Source: Zootoca vivipara
Lineage: Eukaryota
Reading direction: 5' to 3'
Length of the DNA: 64,000 nt
Assembly (NCBI RefSeq): GCF_963506605.1
Contig: NC_083282.1
Span: 21,080,001-21,144,000, forward strand
Position numbers and translations under genes: made by a program. Positions 38,697 through 52,332 of the stretch are shown here, piece after piece; the first letter of the stretch is position 1; every line of letters begins with the position of its first letter. The notes under the pieces were generated by a model. That model made no database searches, was not told the DNA's origin, and saw only the letters and a program-made list of their open reading frames with translations.

Positions 38697-38769
38697 GCCT
38701 AGACAAATAGGTGAGCTTCCAAATTCTGCCTAGAGTGGAGGACAACCTGATTTCACCCAGGAGGAGGTT

Positions 38770-39042
38770 CATAGAATCATAGAATTGTAGAGTTGGGAGG
38801 GATCCCAAGGGTCATCTAGTCCAACCCCCTGCAATGCGGGAATCTCAGCTAAACCATCCATGACAGATGGCCATCCAACCTCTGCTTAAAAACCTCCAAG
38901 GAAGGAGAGTCCACAACCTTCCAAGGGAGACCGTTCCACTGTCAAACGGCTCTTACTATCAGAAAGTTCTTATTGGTGTTTACTGAGAATCTCCTTTCTC
39001 GTAACTTGAAGCCATTGGTTTTAGTCCTACCCTCCAGTACAG
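38770..39042 (-). mobile_element. CR1 LINE 3' end
   Basis: (catagaat)2 is the ATTCTATG tail repeat on the minus strand. CR1 3' stem and ORF2 terminus also present. Confidence 0.88.
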
Positions 39043-41605
39043 GTTATTAGAACATGGATAATCAAGGTTAGACTATCTTCGTCCAGGAACAGTCGTAGCT
39101 GGTGAAACAGCACTCCTTATCACCGTAGTCACTTTGGGCCCCGGTGACAGCTTGGAATTGATGAGAATTGCTACTCTTTCAGTGGGAATTTTACCCCACC
39201 CAGAGCAGCCATCTTCCTAGCTCCTGAACCTGGGAATGGCTGACCCACAGCATCTCAATCTTCTCAGGATTTAACATCTGTTTACTGGTCCTCAGACTCT
39301 AGTCCACCAGACTCCAGCCCTTGCACAGCCTTTCTGATGGAATGGAGATACGGAGCTGGGTAGCACCTGCATGTTGGTGGCACCATGCTCCAAATCACCA
39401 GATGATGCCTCCCAGTAGCTTCATGTAGATGCCAGTTCCTCTGCCGAAATAGAAACAGAGAGTTCCCAAAATGTGAACCAGGCTTCACGGGATATTAATT
39501 GAAACATATATTTTGACCAAATTGAGAAGCACCTTCTGATAAAGGTTATTTCCCTTATCAACCCATGTATCAACATGGCAGCATCAAGATGAATACTTCT
39601 CTAGAGAAGCAGGATTTTAAATTAACAAACAACAACCGTACTCATCTGGACAGTTTGCAACCCACAGGCACCTTCACTTCTTCGTATCAAAGCTACCCCT
39701 CTCCATATTTTAACATCCCTCTAGAAAAAAATGATCAAAAGTCACAGTTACTATAGAAAGTAAAAACTATCACTCTCTTGCAGTAAAGTATAGCATTATT
39801 GTTTGGCTTCCTTGTGTTTCGTTTGTGCATCATGTGGACCTTTTCCAATTTTCTGTTACTCTCTTCAATGTATATGTTTCTCCAGCCAAAATTTGTTCAT
39901 CGATGTGACTCAGTATAGGCAGATGACAGATGTGTTTACATTGCTTTATATACAGAACAACATATATAGTTATGGTTTGCCAGATGGGTGAAAAAGGCTG
40001 CAACAAACTTAGAAAATAGATATGGTGGGAGACTGGATTTTGCTAACAGTGTTTGATATTAAATGCCATTTCCCATTTAAGGGAGGGGATGGGTTCACGC
40101 GCTAACTAAACATGTCTTGAACTTTTAAACATACAAAACCTACATATACTTAAGTTCACTGAGAAAGTGACATTTTACCTTTTTTTGGCATCATTAATGC
40201 TCATTATCCACACATGGGGCTGCAAAGTGTGCTAAAGAGTCTCACTGCTTCCTAATGACAGTTTCCTCCCTGTAATTCAACACTGTTAAAAGATTTAACG
40301 CTCAGCTTGGAAAAATCTGTCTCCCTCGTGCACATGTGGTTCATCTGTTTGTGACATCCGCTACCTCTTTATTTATCTTAACAATTAAACACAATGCTTT
40401 AGAAAGCTTACACAGGGCCAACTTTTGAGAGGCCAAAAGGAAAAATGATACTGGATTTAATGCTATGGGTTGGGTTTTTTTTTTTTTTTTGGAAAGGCTG
40501 CAGAACGAAAACTGTCCTCAGGCCAAGTTAATACGACTGTTTCCTTTACGCTCAAAATATTCACTAGGGCTTTTGCTGCTTGCATACAGGAAACAAGGGC
40601 TATGGTACCAGAACAAGATTTTGTTTCTTATAATTTAAGGGGCATGTTTAAGCAACTACTCGGTGCAGCTATGGCTCTAAAAAGCCACTGCCCCTGAATG
40701 GCCTTTGAGGAGAGACCGCAGGACCCCAACACACCACATAGTCTTACACCAGAAGGCGGGTAATGGGTAGAGTGAACAGGTCAGGGAGAAACTGTGTGCA
40801 AATAAGTACAGCCCATTCCAATTCTGACTTGTTCCATGTGGAGAAGAGGGCAGAAGGAAATGTGGAATGTTAACATCTGACCAAGGCCAGTATCTTCCCA
40901 ATTGGAATTCTCCATATAAATCTCAATGGGATCTCATTGCAATAGGCTAGCACCAGCCAACATCCTCGCCTTTAGTGACTGGAGAAAAACTTGTGACAGC
41001 AGGTGAATAAAACATTATTTTGTGATCGGGAATGAGATGATGGCGAGGGACCAGCCCTACTTCCATGATTCCTAGGTGGTACCTTAGGGATAAGCCAACA
41101 TCATACGTCAGTTTCATGTTTTATACGTATATGAATTGTGTGTGTAACATAAAGTAAAAAAGGAAAACAAAAACAAAGAAAATTTAAATAAATGCTTATA
41201 TCCAATGTAAGCAGGGGTGTTTGTGAGAGTCTATTTTTTTCCTACTGTTTTGTACAGTGCCGTGCACCTTGATGGACACCACATAAATATTAGTGATCCT
41301 CTCCGCTGTGCAATTTCACCACAAACTAATATTCTTTCCCCCCTGCCATATTACTCCATTTACCTTATTCCCTGACTCATCAGAAAGGGGCTTTTTTAAG
41401 AGATGAGGATGAAGGGCGGCAGTCCTGGAAACCAAAGTGATGCAACAGAGGTAGAGTTGAGTTCCTGACAGCAACTGGAAAGAGAAGCATAATCTTGTGA
41501 CATCCAGCCATGCGATTCTGGCTCGACTTGTGTAAATTTATGAAGGACCAGTTGGGAAAAAAAATCAGAGTCGGTACTAAAACACATTGAGATTGTCCTT
41601 TCTTG

Positions 41606-41836
41606 TCACACGATTCGCCCAAGATAGATAGACTTGGGATACTTTTCTTTCAGCGCAGGCCACTGGACGAAGAAATAATCTGAAAAGTGGTAAAGGATCT
41701 TCCCGGACAGAGACAGGTTTTCCACGCGGCAGATGCTCTCGACGTATACAATGGTTACATTTTTTATCCCCAGCATCCTGACCAGGAGGGCAGATGCGCA
41801 TATGGGAACGCAAGTTCCTGGGCCATTGCACAAAAC
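41606..41836 (-). CDS. ALG14: ALG14 UDP-N-acetylglucosamine transferase subunit, last coding exon (VLCNGPGTCVPIC...YVESICRV...QWPALKEKYPKSIYLGRIV*)
   Basis: ALG14 motifs NGPGTC, YVESICRV and VQWP. Polypyrimidine tract plus TAG acceptor ending at 41837 (phase 0). TGA stop at 41606-41608. Upstream exons were not found in the window. Confidence 0.96.
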   Translation of the reverse strand, partial: VLCNGPGTCVPICASALLVRMLGIKNVTIVYVESICRVENLSLSGKILYHFSDYFFVQWPALKEKYPKSIYLGRIV

Positions 41837-42599
41837 CTAAAAAGAAAAAAGAAAAAATGCCATACAGAAAATTAAATTTCAAAACCCCACCATTAATGGA
41901 GAGTGCAAGGATAAATCCCATCAGTCATACAGGACAATAAAAGAACAAAAGTGAAAGGCTAATGCAATTTCAGTTCAAGACAAAATAAAAATGATTATTG
42001 GAAAAAACAAAATCATTGCCTTCTCCACTGTCAAAATTTGGGGTTTTAAGGTACAGAGAATCTACTATTTGCTCGTATTATTCTGTAAACTGCAATCTAT
42101 GGTGACGAATAAATGAAGATGGCTTCCACTGAGTCGAAACAGGGCTTAGAAGTTGATTCGCAGCAGTTCCCTGGGAAGAGGCCTTTCTGATCCTAGCCAT
42201 CTGACATCCATTTTTTCTACAACAACAAAATGCCTTGTGGCACCTTAAAGGCTAACACATTTATTATGGCTTAGTTTTCATGAACCAGAGTCCTGCTTCA
42301 TCAGATGCAGCTGATGTTGTTTTTGCTGCAACAGGCTAACACAGCTACCCTTCTGGAAACGGTTACGTTTTGCTATTTGTCCAGGCTTTCGGCAGGGGAT
42401 AGGTGCGTTTAGGGCATTTAAATTATTGCATACTGGATGTTGTTTTATTTCGGGTTTTGTGCTGCTGACTGCCCTGGGTAGCCTTCAGAGAGAAAGGCGC
42501 AGGATACAAATTGTACAAACGAAGACAAAACTTTTCTACAGATACTGAGGACCGAATCTTCACCCAAAAGTGTAACTTCCCCACCTATGACCCCTGAGA

Positions 42600-42930
42600 G
42601 TGAGTCCACATCTGCATCATACAAAGCACTATTAAGCCACTTTTAACTGTTGTGGTTCCCCCCAAAATATCCTGGGAAACTGTAGTTTGTTAAGGGGGCC
42701 AAGAGTTGTTGGGAGACCCCGATTCCCACAATTTCCAGAGTAGTTTAACAGTCCATCTCTCCTCCCATGGAACTTGGGAATTGTAGTTATGTGAGGGGAA
42801 TAGGGGTCTCCTAAAAACTCTCCACACCCTTAACTAACTATAGAATTCCCAGGATTCTTCAGGGGAAGGGAGTCATGATTGTTAAAGGGATTCAATAGCG
42901 CTGTAAAAATACGGTGTGGGTGCAGCCTGA
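42600..42930. mobile_element. Long palindromic MITE (possibly PIF/Harbinger-like)
   Basis: Extended inverted arms (tcctgggaaactgtagtttgttaaggg / cccttaactaactatagaattcccagga; ggagacccc / ggggtctcc). Shorter relative at about 50120-50230. Confidence 0.6.
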
Positions 42931-43364
42931 GAGAATGCACATTGCACACAGGTATGTAGAAATTCTCAAATAAATTCGCAGGGCAAGTGTGTCACTAGGC
43001 CATTCCTTCCTTTGTTACTACCCTGCTCTTACTTCACTCAGGCAACAATCCCAATTCCACTCCTATCCTTGTGACAAACCTTTCAGTAACAAAGGGGGAA
43101 ACCAACCTGGTGCTGAAATGCTCAGGGGGCACCCAATCTTCTTGTCGCTACTGTCCTTTCTAGGGCTAGGTGATTGGAATCCAACTGTGGAAATTACTGG
43201 GTAATTTGATTTTTTTTCCTTCATGGTTGCCGGGCTGACTTTGGGGGGCTCTTCCAGCTGAGGTTTTGTTATACATGTACCCTGCCTTATTCACTGATTT
43301 TTTTTCCAGAGGGCCCAGTTCTTAAATTCCTCCTGTTTTTAAAACAAACTGTCATGCTTTGGAT

Positions 43365-43502
43365 CAAGGCTTCCCAAACGTGAGCTCTCCAGCTGTTTTG
43401 GGACTACAATTCCCATCATTGCTGACCACTGGTCTTTCTAGCTAGAGATGATGGGAGTTGTAGTCCCAAAACAGCTGGAGTACCCAAATTTGGGAAGCAC
43501 TG
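43365..43502. mobile_element. Palindromic hAT MITE (same subtype as 18165-18307)
   Basis: TIRs CAAGGCTTCCCAAA / TTTGGGAAGCACTG. TSD matches at 6/8. Confidence 0.8.
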
Positions 43503-46252
43503 CTGTAGATGGAGGCTGTCATTGTTTGTCATGTCACAAATTAAAAAGACAATTCCCTCCCCCCCCCAAAAAAATGGGGTGGAGGAGACAGCAGAGGTGA
43601 AGCACAGCTCACAGGTGGCTGGGTACCCATTTGCCCCAGCCTGGCTACAGGTCTGGGTGGGAAAGTGACAAAAAAATTCCCTACAATGGAAAAGTAGCTT
43701 AGGGGGAGGGAACTGTTGGAGGGGACAGGAATGATGCGAACATGTCTGTGTGAAAGATGGGACAGTACATGAGAATCAACTACTTCAAAAGTCCTAAGAG
43801 TAGCCTAACTGGGGCCCCCTGCCTTGAGGCCTACAATCTGTTAACAGCATCATGGCATAATTACAAATGGCAAGTGTGTTACCACATACTGTACTATATT
43901 GAAGAGAAAGAGCTAAACATGGGGATGCCGTTTCTGCTAGTACCCTATTTCCCCTCACATGTAGTCCTGTTCGGCGCTTTGGATATTTGATGGGTTTTTT
44001 TTGTCCTGCTTTTACTGCTAGCTGACTAAAACTTCTAAATCAGATGGGGTTCTACAGAAATATTAAATCAAAATGTGTGCCTTAACGTGCGCCAAGGAAG
44101 CTTGCAGTTCTGAGAAAATTATCAGGGAAAATAATAATGTGCTGTGGGACTATCCAAGATTTCTGTGGGGAGAAGAGGAATTGCGAATGTGGTCAGCATG
44201 AGTCATCCACAAATTTATTATAATTAGGCTTCGGAGAACTCTTTTCGTGGGCTATCATGGAGATGAACAGCTAATAATAATAAGAAAAAAAACTGCAGGA
44301 GTCTGCTTTAAGAATTTCTTCCCCTCCCCCTTGGCTTGTTCTCCCATTGAAATAAATAGTAACTGGTTCCCCCATTAGGGTAGAAAGGCACCTCAAAATC
44401 TGCAATACCAATTTTGACATAGTTGTTCTATAGTTCTTATTAACTGTTCAACAGTTTTAATTCGAGAGAGAATCACCTCACGAATTCTGTGTCAGCAGAA
44501 CTGTAATGTGTCCCTTACCATGTTCCAATTTCACCCAGATACAACTTTCCATGAGATTAGTTCACAGCATTTTGACCACCTCTGTGTGACGGTATTCTTG
44601 AGGTGTCAACAACTGGTCACATCCAGCCTCCCAAGTACTAATTATCCACACACTTTCAACTGCCAGCCCACAAGGGAAAGAAAATATGGAAGAAGCAGAG
44701 GCTGTAACAGCCAATTGTTTTGCCAGAAATCCACCATGGTGTGTGGGACCGGCCTGCTCCCCTCTTTCACCTCCAATAAGAGAATGTGTTGACCAGAGCT
44801 CTGTTCTTTTAATCAGGACTGTAACCTTTAATTAATTAATCAGTTCAAAAAAACTTTTGACTCAGTGCGGAGAACACGTGGCCTTCCAGATATTGTTGGT
44901 ATCGAATTCCCATCAGACTGAGCTAGCATGGTGAACAGTCAGGGATGCTAGAAATTATAGGTCAGCAACAACTGGGGGGCTACAAGTTCCCTGCCCCAGT
45001 TTTAAATCAACTGAAAAGACTTCCCCCCCAACACATTTTTAATATACACACAGGCCCCACTATCCAAATGTTTATTATATGAAAATCTCCAAACAAACTT
45101 CTCCAAACAAGAGGAGTTAGTATCCAAACTTCGCTATACACACTGCAGATTCAGATATCCAAATAGCCAGATCTGCCTGCAGTACTGTAAACGAATAAGC
45201 AACCTTAAACAAGTCTTACTTTTTTGTGTTGTGCTGGTGTGTGCAGCCGTTTCACCAGAAATCATTGGGGAGAGGGGGAGTAAGACATTAGACATTCCTT
45301 GTCTCCTTTCTGCAAGGTTTCAGATGGTTTTCTTGAGTTTCTTCATCACTTTGGGGTCAAAGTTTTTACCACAGAAATTAATGGAAATTGTTGACTCATT
45401 CTGCGAATGCTTACTTAACAAATGAATTCCTGATAACGCATTGTGTTCAGATAGCGAAACCTGCGTCTGCTCCCCTAAAATTGGCTAGGTCCACATTGGA
45501 AGAGGTACTCTCCTTTCACTTTCACAGAGAAGGGAACATATAGCCTAAGATGGTGCCTCCAAAACCAAGCATGTATCCCCCCCATAAAACAAGCTGATAA
45601 ACAAATTTAAATCTTTAAAACAAACTGCCTGAGCAAATTTACACATTATTCAATTTGTTGAATCAATTGATTAAGTTTTCTTTAATTGGGCAGTAATTGT
45701 ACTTTCATAGAACCTTTACGATCCAGTGCTCTCATAGCAGAAGATTTCCCTGTGCTGAAAATATTTCCTCTGGGCTTTGTCTATATTATTTTCTTTCTCT
45801 GTTCCATTGCAGGGATTTCACTTGCCTTCCACCTTCACATTACAAAGAGTAACAGGCTGTTGTAACAAAAGCTGCAGGTCTGCATTGAACTTTTCTACTC
45901 TCCCTCACTCCACAGCTAGCTTAACTTACCCTGAGCCCTTCCATCATTTCAATGTGCTTTTAATTGGCTGCTGCTGGTGAAATGATTGAAATAGCATCAG
46001 GATACAGAGCAAGTTGAACTACTAGACCCTACCAATGGAAAGAGCCTGACACAGGACTCCTGTTTTCTGTGATACTTATGTTCTTTGCAATCTGCAGTGC
46101 TAACCACAGAACGTAACATTGAAAGTTGCAATCCTAAATACTTGAGAGCATGCGCCATGGAACAGAGTGGGATTTCCTTCGGAATTAATATGCATAGGGA
46201 CTGCACTGTATAAACACTCCCAGAATAATTAACTGCAAGTAGCAACCCACAA

Positions 46253-46599
46253 GGGACGCGGGTGGCGCTGTGGGTTAAACCACAGAGCCTAGGGCTTGCC
46301 AATGAGAAGGTCAGCAGTTCGAATCCCCGCGACGGGGTGAACTCCCATTGCTCGGTCCCAGCTCCTGCCAACCTAGCAGTTCGAAAGCACGTCAAAGTGC
46401 AAGTAGATAAATAGGTACCGCTACAGCGGGAAGGTAAACGACATTTCCGTGTGCTGCTCTGGTTCGCCAGAAGCGGCTTTGTCATGCTGGCCAAATGACC
46501 CGGAAGCTGTACGCCAGCTCCCTTGGCCAATAATGCGAGATGAGCGCTGCAACCCCAGAGTCGGTCACGACTGGACCTAATGGTCAGGGGTCCCTTTAC
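46253..46599 (+). mobile_element. Sauria SINE, full length
   Basis: gggacgcgggtggcgctgtgggttaaacc...gttcgaatccc (A/B boxes), BovB-like 3' part ending CCTTTAC, and 10-bp TSD caacccacaa. Confidence 0.9.
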
Positions 46600-48029
46600 C
46601 AACCCACAAACAGGACCAAAATGCACAACACATAAACACACCCACCCTTCCCTGTGGGCAAAGGAGAAAACAGACCCAGTTGATGTAGGCAAAATGTATG
46701 AAGACAGCAGAAACCATTTCTCATCCCCCTCCCCCCAGACTTGGCATCCATTGAACTTTGACACTTTGCAGATGAAAGCTGCCTCAGTCTACTGAATCTG
46801 TAAATCTGTTCAAATGACATTTACTAGTTTCCAATGCAGAAACCTAGCTTTGCATGGATTAAATGTCAGCCAAACTGGCCACAGAAGGGAGAAAGCCACT
46901 TTTAGGCCACTTGTTGAAACAAATGAACTCCTATGTGTATTTTAATTCCACATTGGAGATCTCGGGATGCTCCCAAGCTAAAAGAAACAAAAAGGGGACA
47001 ATGACTCCAGACTCTTGGTGCAAACCCACACATTTTGAGCATGCAGCCGTTCTGCTGAAGAAAGGCTTAAGGACCTTATCAGAGCGGAAAGCTGCCGTAG
47101 ACACTGGCCTTTGTAAGTTCCAGCAGTGGTAGTGTAACACACTGTATTTCCATGTTCCGTGCCAAAGCTCTGATTTGTGGCCAAATAACTGCCTGAACTT
47201 TGGCAGTGATTCGCGAAGGCACCTAACAGCATCTTTGTCCTCCCTTATTTGCCAGTGCCTTACAAAACAAAGAGCAATTATAAGTGCCTTTCCCACATAG
47301 AACAGTTGGCATGGCAAAACAGCTATGATGTTAAATTTGTATGTGTTTGAAATCCCTGCTTGGACACTTAAGGTGTAATCCTGCCATGTTATTCACACAC
47401 AGTTCTAATGGGGCTTATACATGAGTAGTCCCTTTACGGAGTTCCAGCCAAGTGTTTCTAGGAAGCCTTAGGCAACCCACTATACGTGTATGTGTGCCTG
47501 TTTAATTAATTAACAGCAGGGGAGAGTGCTCTTGAGCTCAAATCCTGCAACTTGGCTATACTGAACTTTTGATGTGAGCAAATAACAAGAGGGTTAGCTC
47601 CAGCTAGCCAGACCTCTTCCCAAACTGCCTCTGCTGCAGCCACTGAGAAGCTTTTGAGAGCCCTGGCAGCTTTCTAGAGCAGGGTGAGAGAGAAGATGAG
47701 TTGCTTCCATTGCCTAGTTGGAATGCAAGCAGCACAGAGGTGGTTGCAACTGATTTATAATGACAAGGGGTGACTGTAGAGATAAGGAAGCCTCACCTCA
47801 TTTGCTACTTGTTCTCTCCATACACCCTTTGCTAGGTGGGGCATGGAGGTGGAGTAGGTTTAGACTGCAGAATTAACTGGTTTTTTCCAGATGTGTGATG
47901 CAAGGATGCCTTGGAATCACAAAAATAGAGGGAAACCCCCCCCCAATTTTAAGATTCATGAAGGCAAAATGATTGACGGCCAAGACTGATAAAAGGCTTG
48001 TGCTGTGGCATCCTTACACTGGAGACATA

Positions 48030-48154
48030 TAAAGAAATGAAGGCAAGTTTTTATTCTTTGATGTTTTACTGTGGTTTTATAATTCTTGGAAGCCACCCAG
48101 AGTGGCTGGGGCAACCCAGTCAGATGGGCAGCATATAAATAATGAAAGTGTTGT

Positions 48155-48186
<32 letters not shown>
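48030..48186 (+). mobile_element. L2 3' terminus with (CAT)n tail
   Basis: ggaagccacccagagtggctggggcaacccagtcagatggg matches the 3' end of the L2 at about 59680-59730. Confidence 0.75.
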
Positions 48187-51100
48187 TAACCTAGGCTACA
48201 TAAAGTGATTGCATGAGCAATTACTTCTTGATACACCCCATTCTACCTTTACACTTACAAGGAAATGGCGCGGGCAGGCAGGCAGGCAGGCAGGCAGGCA
48301 GGTAGGCACAGTCTTACTTACCGGTTTTGCTAGAGTCACAGGAGAGCTGCCCTGTTACATAGCCACCCGTTTTGTGCTCTTCTGTGGGGTACATTATAGC
48401 CATGTGGATATCCAATGGCCCCATATTACTCCGAAGTTTTGGGGCAGGCATTGTGGTGTGGGGATAGATGTGGCAAAACTGAGGAAGCGATCCGCTGCTA
48501 CACGAATCCTAAAGCTTCGAAAGAGTATTTGCACGCTGGAAACCAAGAGACCACCACAGGACCTCTTTACTGCTCAGTGCTACACGGAGTCTTTCATGCT
48601 CTTTGATGGTCCACGATTCCATGTGCCTGCTTCCCAACTTTCGTTCTTCTCTTAAGCTACTTAATGGGCCATGCAAACACCACTGCAGCGTCTCCCTGAG
48701 CCGGTTACAATTAAGGAGTGGACCATTAGTAGATGTATTCCCCATACCTAACCAAGGTGGAGCACAAGAACCTAAGGAGCTGCCTTACACTGAGCCAGAT
48801 CATTGGTCCATTTAGCTCAGGATCAACTACACTAGGAATGGGCAGCTGGATTCTTATCTCCCTCACCCACTGCAGACCAACTGACGGGTGGGAGGAGCCA
48901 CCCACTTGTTGGTCACAGGGTTGTCATGACATCAGGTGACTGACAAGAGGCAAAGTTCAAAGGAGGTTGCTGCAGTTGCTGATTGTCTGCTAGAGCAACC
49001 ACCCTGGAAGATATGGATTTAGTGTGCATTCAAAGAGGCTCCCTTATAATGGACTATCAGCTGAAAATGTTTCTAAAACTGGAGCATTTGTCCCTCTGCA
49101 GGGAAAGCAGCTTGTATTCAAAGTCCTTGGGGAAGTTCTCTGAATACAACATGCTTCCTTCTGAGAGAGGAGCGCACCATTTAAAACACAGAACTTTTTT
49201 TTCCTTTCCAAAGGAAGTTTGCACAGCCCCTTGTGCTGTGCTTCCCAAGAGCCTGACAATCAGCTGTTTGTTGGGTGCTTGGAAATCAGTGCCCCAGAGG
49301 TTTTAGGTTTGCTGAGCACAGCACTTCAGCCAGCTGATTGTGCCTGCAAAGCCCCTTTCAACAAAGCCCCATCTTTACCTGCCCCTCACCTGACACGAGG
49401 TGTAGGGCAGGTGGGCATGCATGGAAAAAACAGCCTGGCAGGATAAATGCTGGTGCCTGATTTAGTTATTGAACAAGCAAGCAAGGATTTAAAGAAGAAA
49501 TGTTCTGGCTTGGAACTCTGGTTTCACCACTGGATGACTCTGAACTGTTATGGTACTTTACTTTTCTTCTCAGGCAGGGAACTTTGAGGACAGAAGAGAG
49601 CATTGGGAAGCTGTCGGACTGATGAGACTCCTTTTGTTTTACTTGCCACCTCTCTTCCTCCTTGGAGGCGTTTACAAGGGGTGCCGAAATTATCCTATCA
49701 GGACTCCAGCACATTCCCTTACTAACTTCATGGCCCATATTGTGGGTCCCTAAATCTCTAGGGAGTTAGGGACCCTTCTGATCATAGGTGCTTCCCATTC
49801 TGTGAACCCCACTTTCCTGTCCTTGGCTCACTATATGACAGTGACCCCCCTCCTTTCTTCCTTCTACTCTGCTCAGTGTTTTCTTAATTTCCTTCACTTT
49901 CACTGTTCTGTTTTCTTTTGCTTACTCTTTTGTTTCAGCTGCCTTTCCACTTGTACCTGAAGTGCATGGAGACAATCTGACCTCCTGGAGCATTTCCTCT
50001 GCTGTACCTTCACTGTCAAAACAGTCACAAGGTTTTGGGGTCTAGCCGCAATAATGCATTCTATGCATTTGCAAGTTACTTTTCAGCTAAGGCAGCTCCC
50101 GAAGTGACTTAGGTTGCTACACCATTTTAACATTCATGGAGAATCCTAAGAAATACAGCTTGTAAAGGGTGCTGGGAACTGTAGCTCTGTGAGGTAAGCA
50201 CCCTTAACAAACCACAGATCCCAGGATCAGCTGCGTTTTCTTCCGCAGCCTCAGGTGGAACGGGTGGCTGTTACATCCACCTGGCTTCTCAAGAAGATTG
50301 CACAGCAATTATTTCTGGTCCAGCCTTGCGAGCAAGCCCGCAACAATTACCAATCCACAATTTCAAACAGCCTGTCTGCCTGCACATATAGGTTTTTAAA
50401 ATTAAATACAGCCCCTTACAAATTAAAACAAATCCTTTAATTTCACACCCTTACAAGTTTTTGGCAAAAGAACAGTTGCTCTGGGACTGGTGAGGAGAGA
50501 GACATCTAGCACTTCTGCTTTGAGGTAACTTCAAATAAGAAATTATCCCCCTACTTTCCTTTACAGCCTGAATGTAAAGCACACACCCCTTTCTACCCAA
50601 ACTGACATAGGCGGCTCAATCCTAAATATGCTGACTTGAAAGACAGGTCCAGCTGTGTTCAACGAGGCTTGTCCAAGGTAAGTACAGCCTTTGGTTTACA
50701 GTGGAATAAGCCCTGTTCAACACAGCAGGGCTTATTTCAGAATAAACATGCATAGAGATAACATTGCAATTCTAATCACGTTTACTCAGAAATGAGCTCC
50801 ACTGAACTCAGCAAGACTTACTTCCAAGCAAACATGCTTAGGCTTGGGCGGCAATTCACATTTTACTCCAAAGGACTGTTCGCAGCTGGGCTTTGCAGTG
50901 GAAGGTGGTTCTCTCTATTCTCAATGCCTTCTTAATTTGGCAATGCTTGCTAAGCTCAGATCCGGAAGCCACTTTCAATTAATGGGGCCAAACCAGAGTA
51001 ACCACAACACGTCTTGGAGCAGGGAGCCTGGGAATAAACTTCCCCCTCCAGCATTTTTCAGCCTGCTTCCTCCTATAGCTCCTTCAAGCTTCCAAATTCC

Positions 51101-52332
51101 AAGAAGAGGAGTTAAAACCAGAAAGCTGCTTTTCGTGATTATGGGGGAAGTATCTCAGCTGTGGAAAATAATTCAATGGCAGCTTCTGCAAGTATGAAGG
51201 TAAAAGTATTAACAGACTGATTCATGGTGAGATACTAAATGATCATAAGAGAACTGGATAGAATATGTGAAATGGATTTCTTGTATTTTTAAAAGCTTTC
51301 TGCTGTAGAAAAGCTGCATGAATGATTTAAAGAAAAGACTCTGGATTAACATTTGGTTGCCTAAGGAGAAATTCATACTTGGCACAGGTAAGTGCCTATT
51401 TGCAGGCCTGTTTTAAGCACTTCCTGAGGCTTGTGATTTCCCATTTTAGGCCTGGTGCCGCCTGTTTGCTAGAAACCTCCTCGGGTGGATGAGAGTTGTC
51501 AGAATCACAGAAATTATGTGCAAGTAGACTGCTCAGATGAACAGTTGATTCAAGTGCTTGGCACTGGCCCTCTTTGACTGTGCTGTTTTGGTAGGGTGGT
51601 TGCCCCAAATATTTGCACCAGCATGGTGGGAGGCTGTGCCACAAGACCCTATATATTCTTTATGTTAAGATGCAAGAAAAGCCAAGTAGACGGCCTTTGG
51701 GAAAGACATATCTTAACGATAAGGACAAAAGAGCTCTGTATAAAAGTTAACTCTAAAATATAATTCGCCAACAGAAAGGGGAAGTTCTGTTTGAAAAATG
51801 CACATAACCAAACATGTATTAGAAGCAACTCCAGAACTGGCCCTATTAAATATTTTCCAAGCATATACAGGTATATGAATGCAAGCAGCTGCTTTATAGT
51901 GAGTAAGACCACTGGTCCATCAAGCCTAGCATGGGCTTTTCTGACTGGTGATTGATTAAACCTGGGGCCTTATCAGCTGCACCACTGAGTTATAGCCCTG
52001 CAAAACAAAGGTGTTTTTTTAAATAAAAAAAGATGGTGTGGAAAATAAATAAGTGGAGGATGCCAGATCCAAAAATCAAAACAGAATGATGGAAAGACTG
52101 AAGGAGCTCAATTAAACACACACTTTCCCAGGAACAGTCTTCAGGTTCCTCAAGCACATATCTGAAATTGCAATCTGGAATCCTTCAGTCTTTAAAGAAG
52201 GCTTATCTGGAGCAATGTTTTAAAGGGTGTGTGTGTGCTGCCTTTCCTAAGTGAATTGTATTGCTTGTTTTCACTATTGCTCAAGAAAGATGCCATAACC
52301 CTATGCCACTAGGAACTTTACATGAATGCTTA

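Noticed and set aside
40360-41605. ALG14 3'UTR end and poly(A) site
   Set aside because: A minus-strand AATAAA exists at 40368-40373, but its use cannot be established without transcript data.
45997-46764. 255-aa minus-strand ORF
   Set aside because: Largely an antisense reading of a Sauria SINE.
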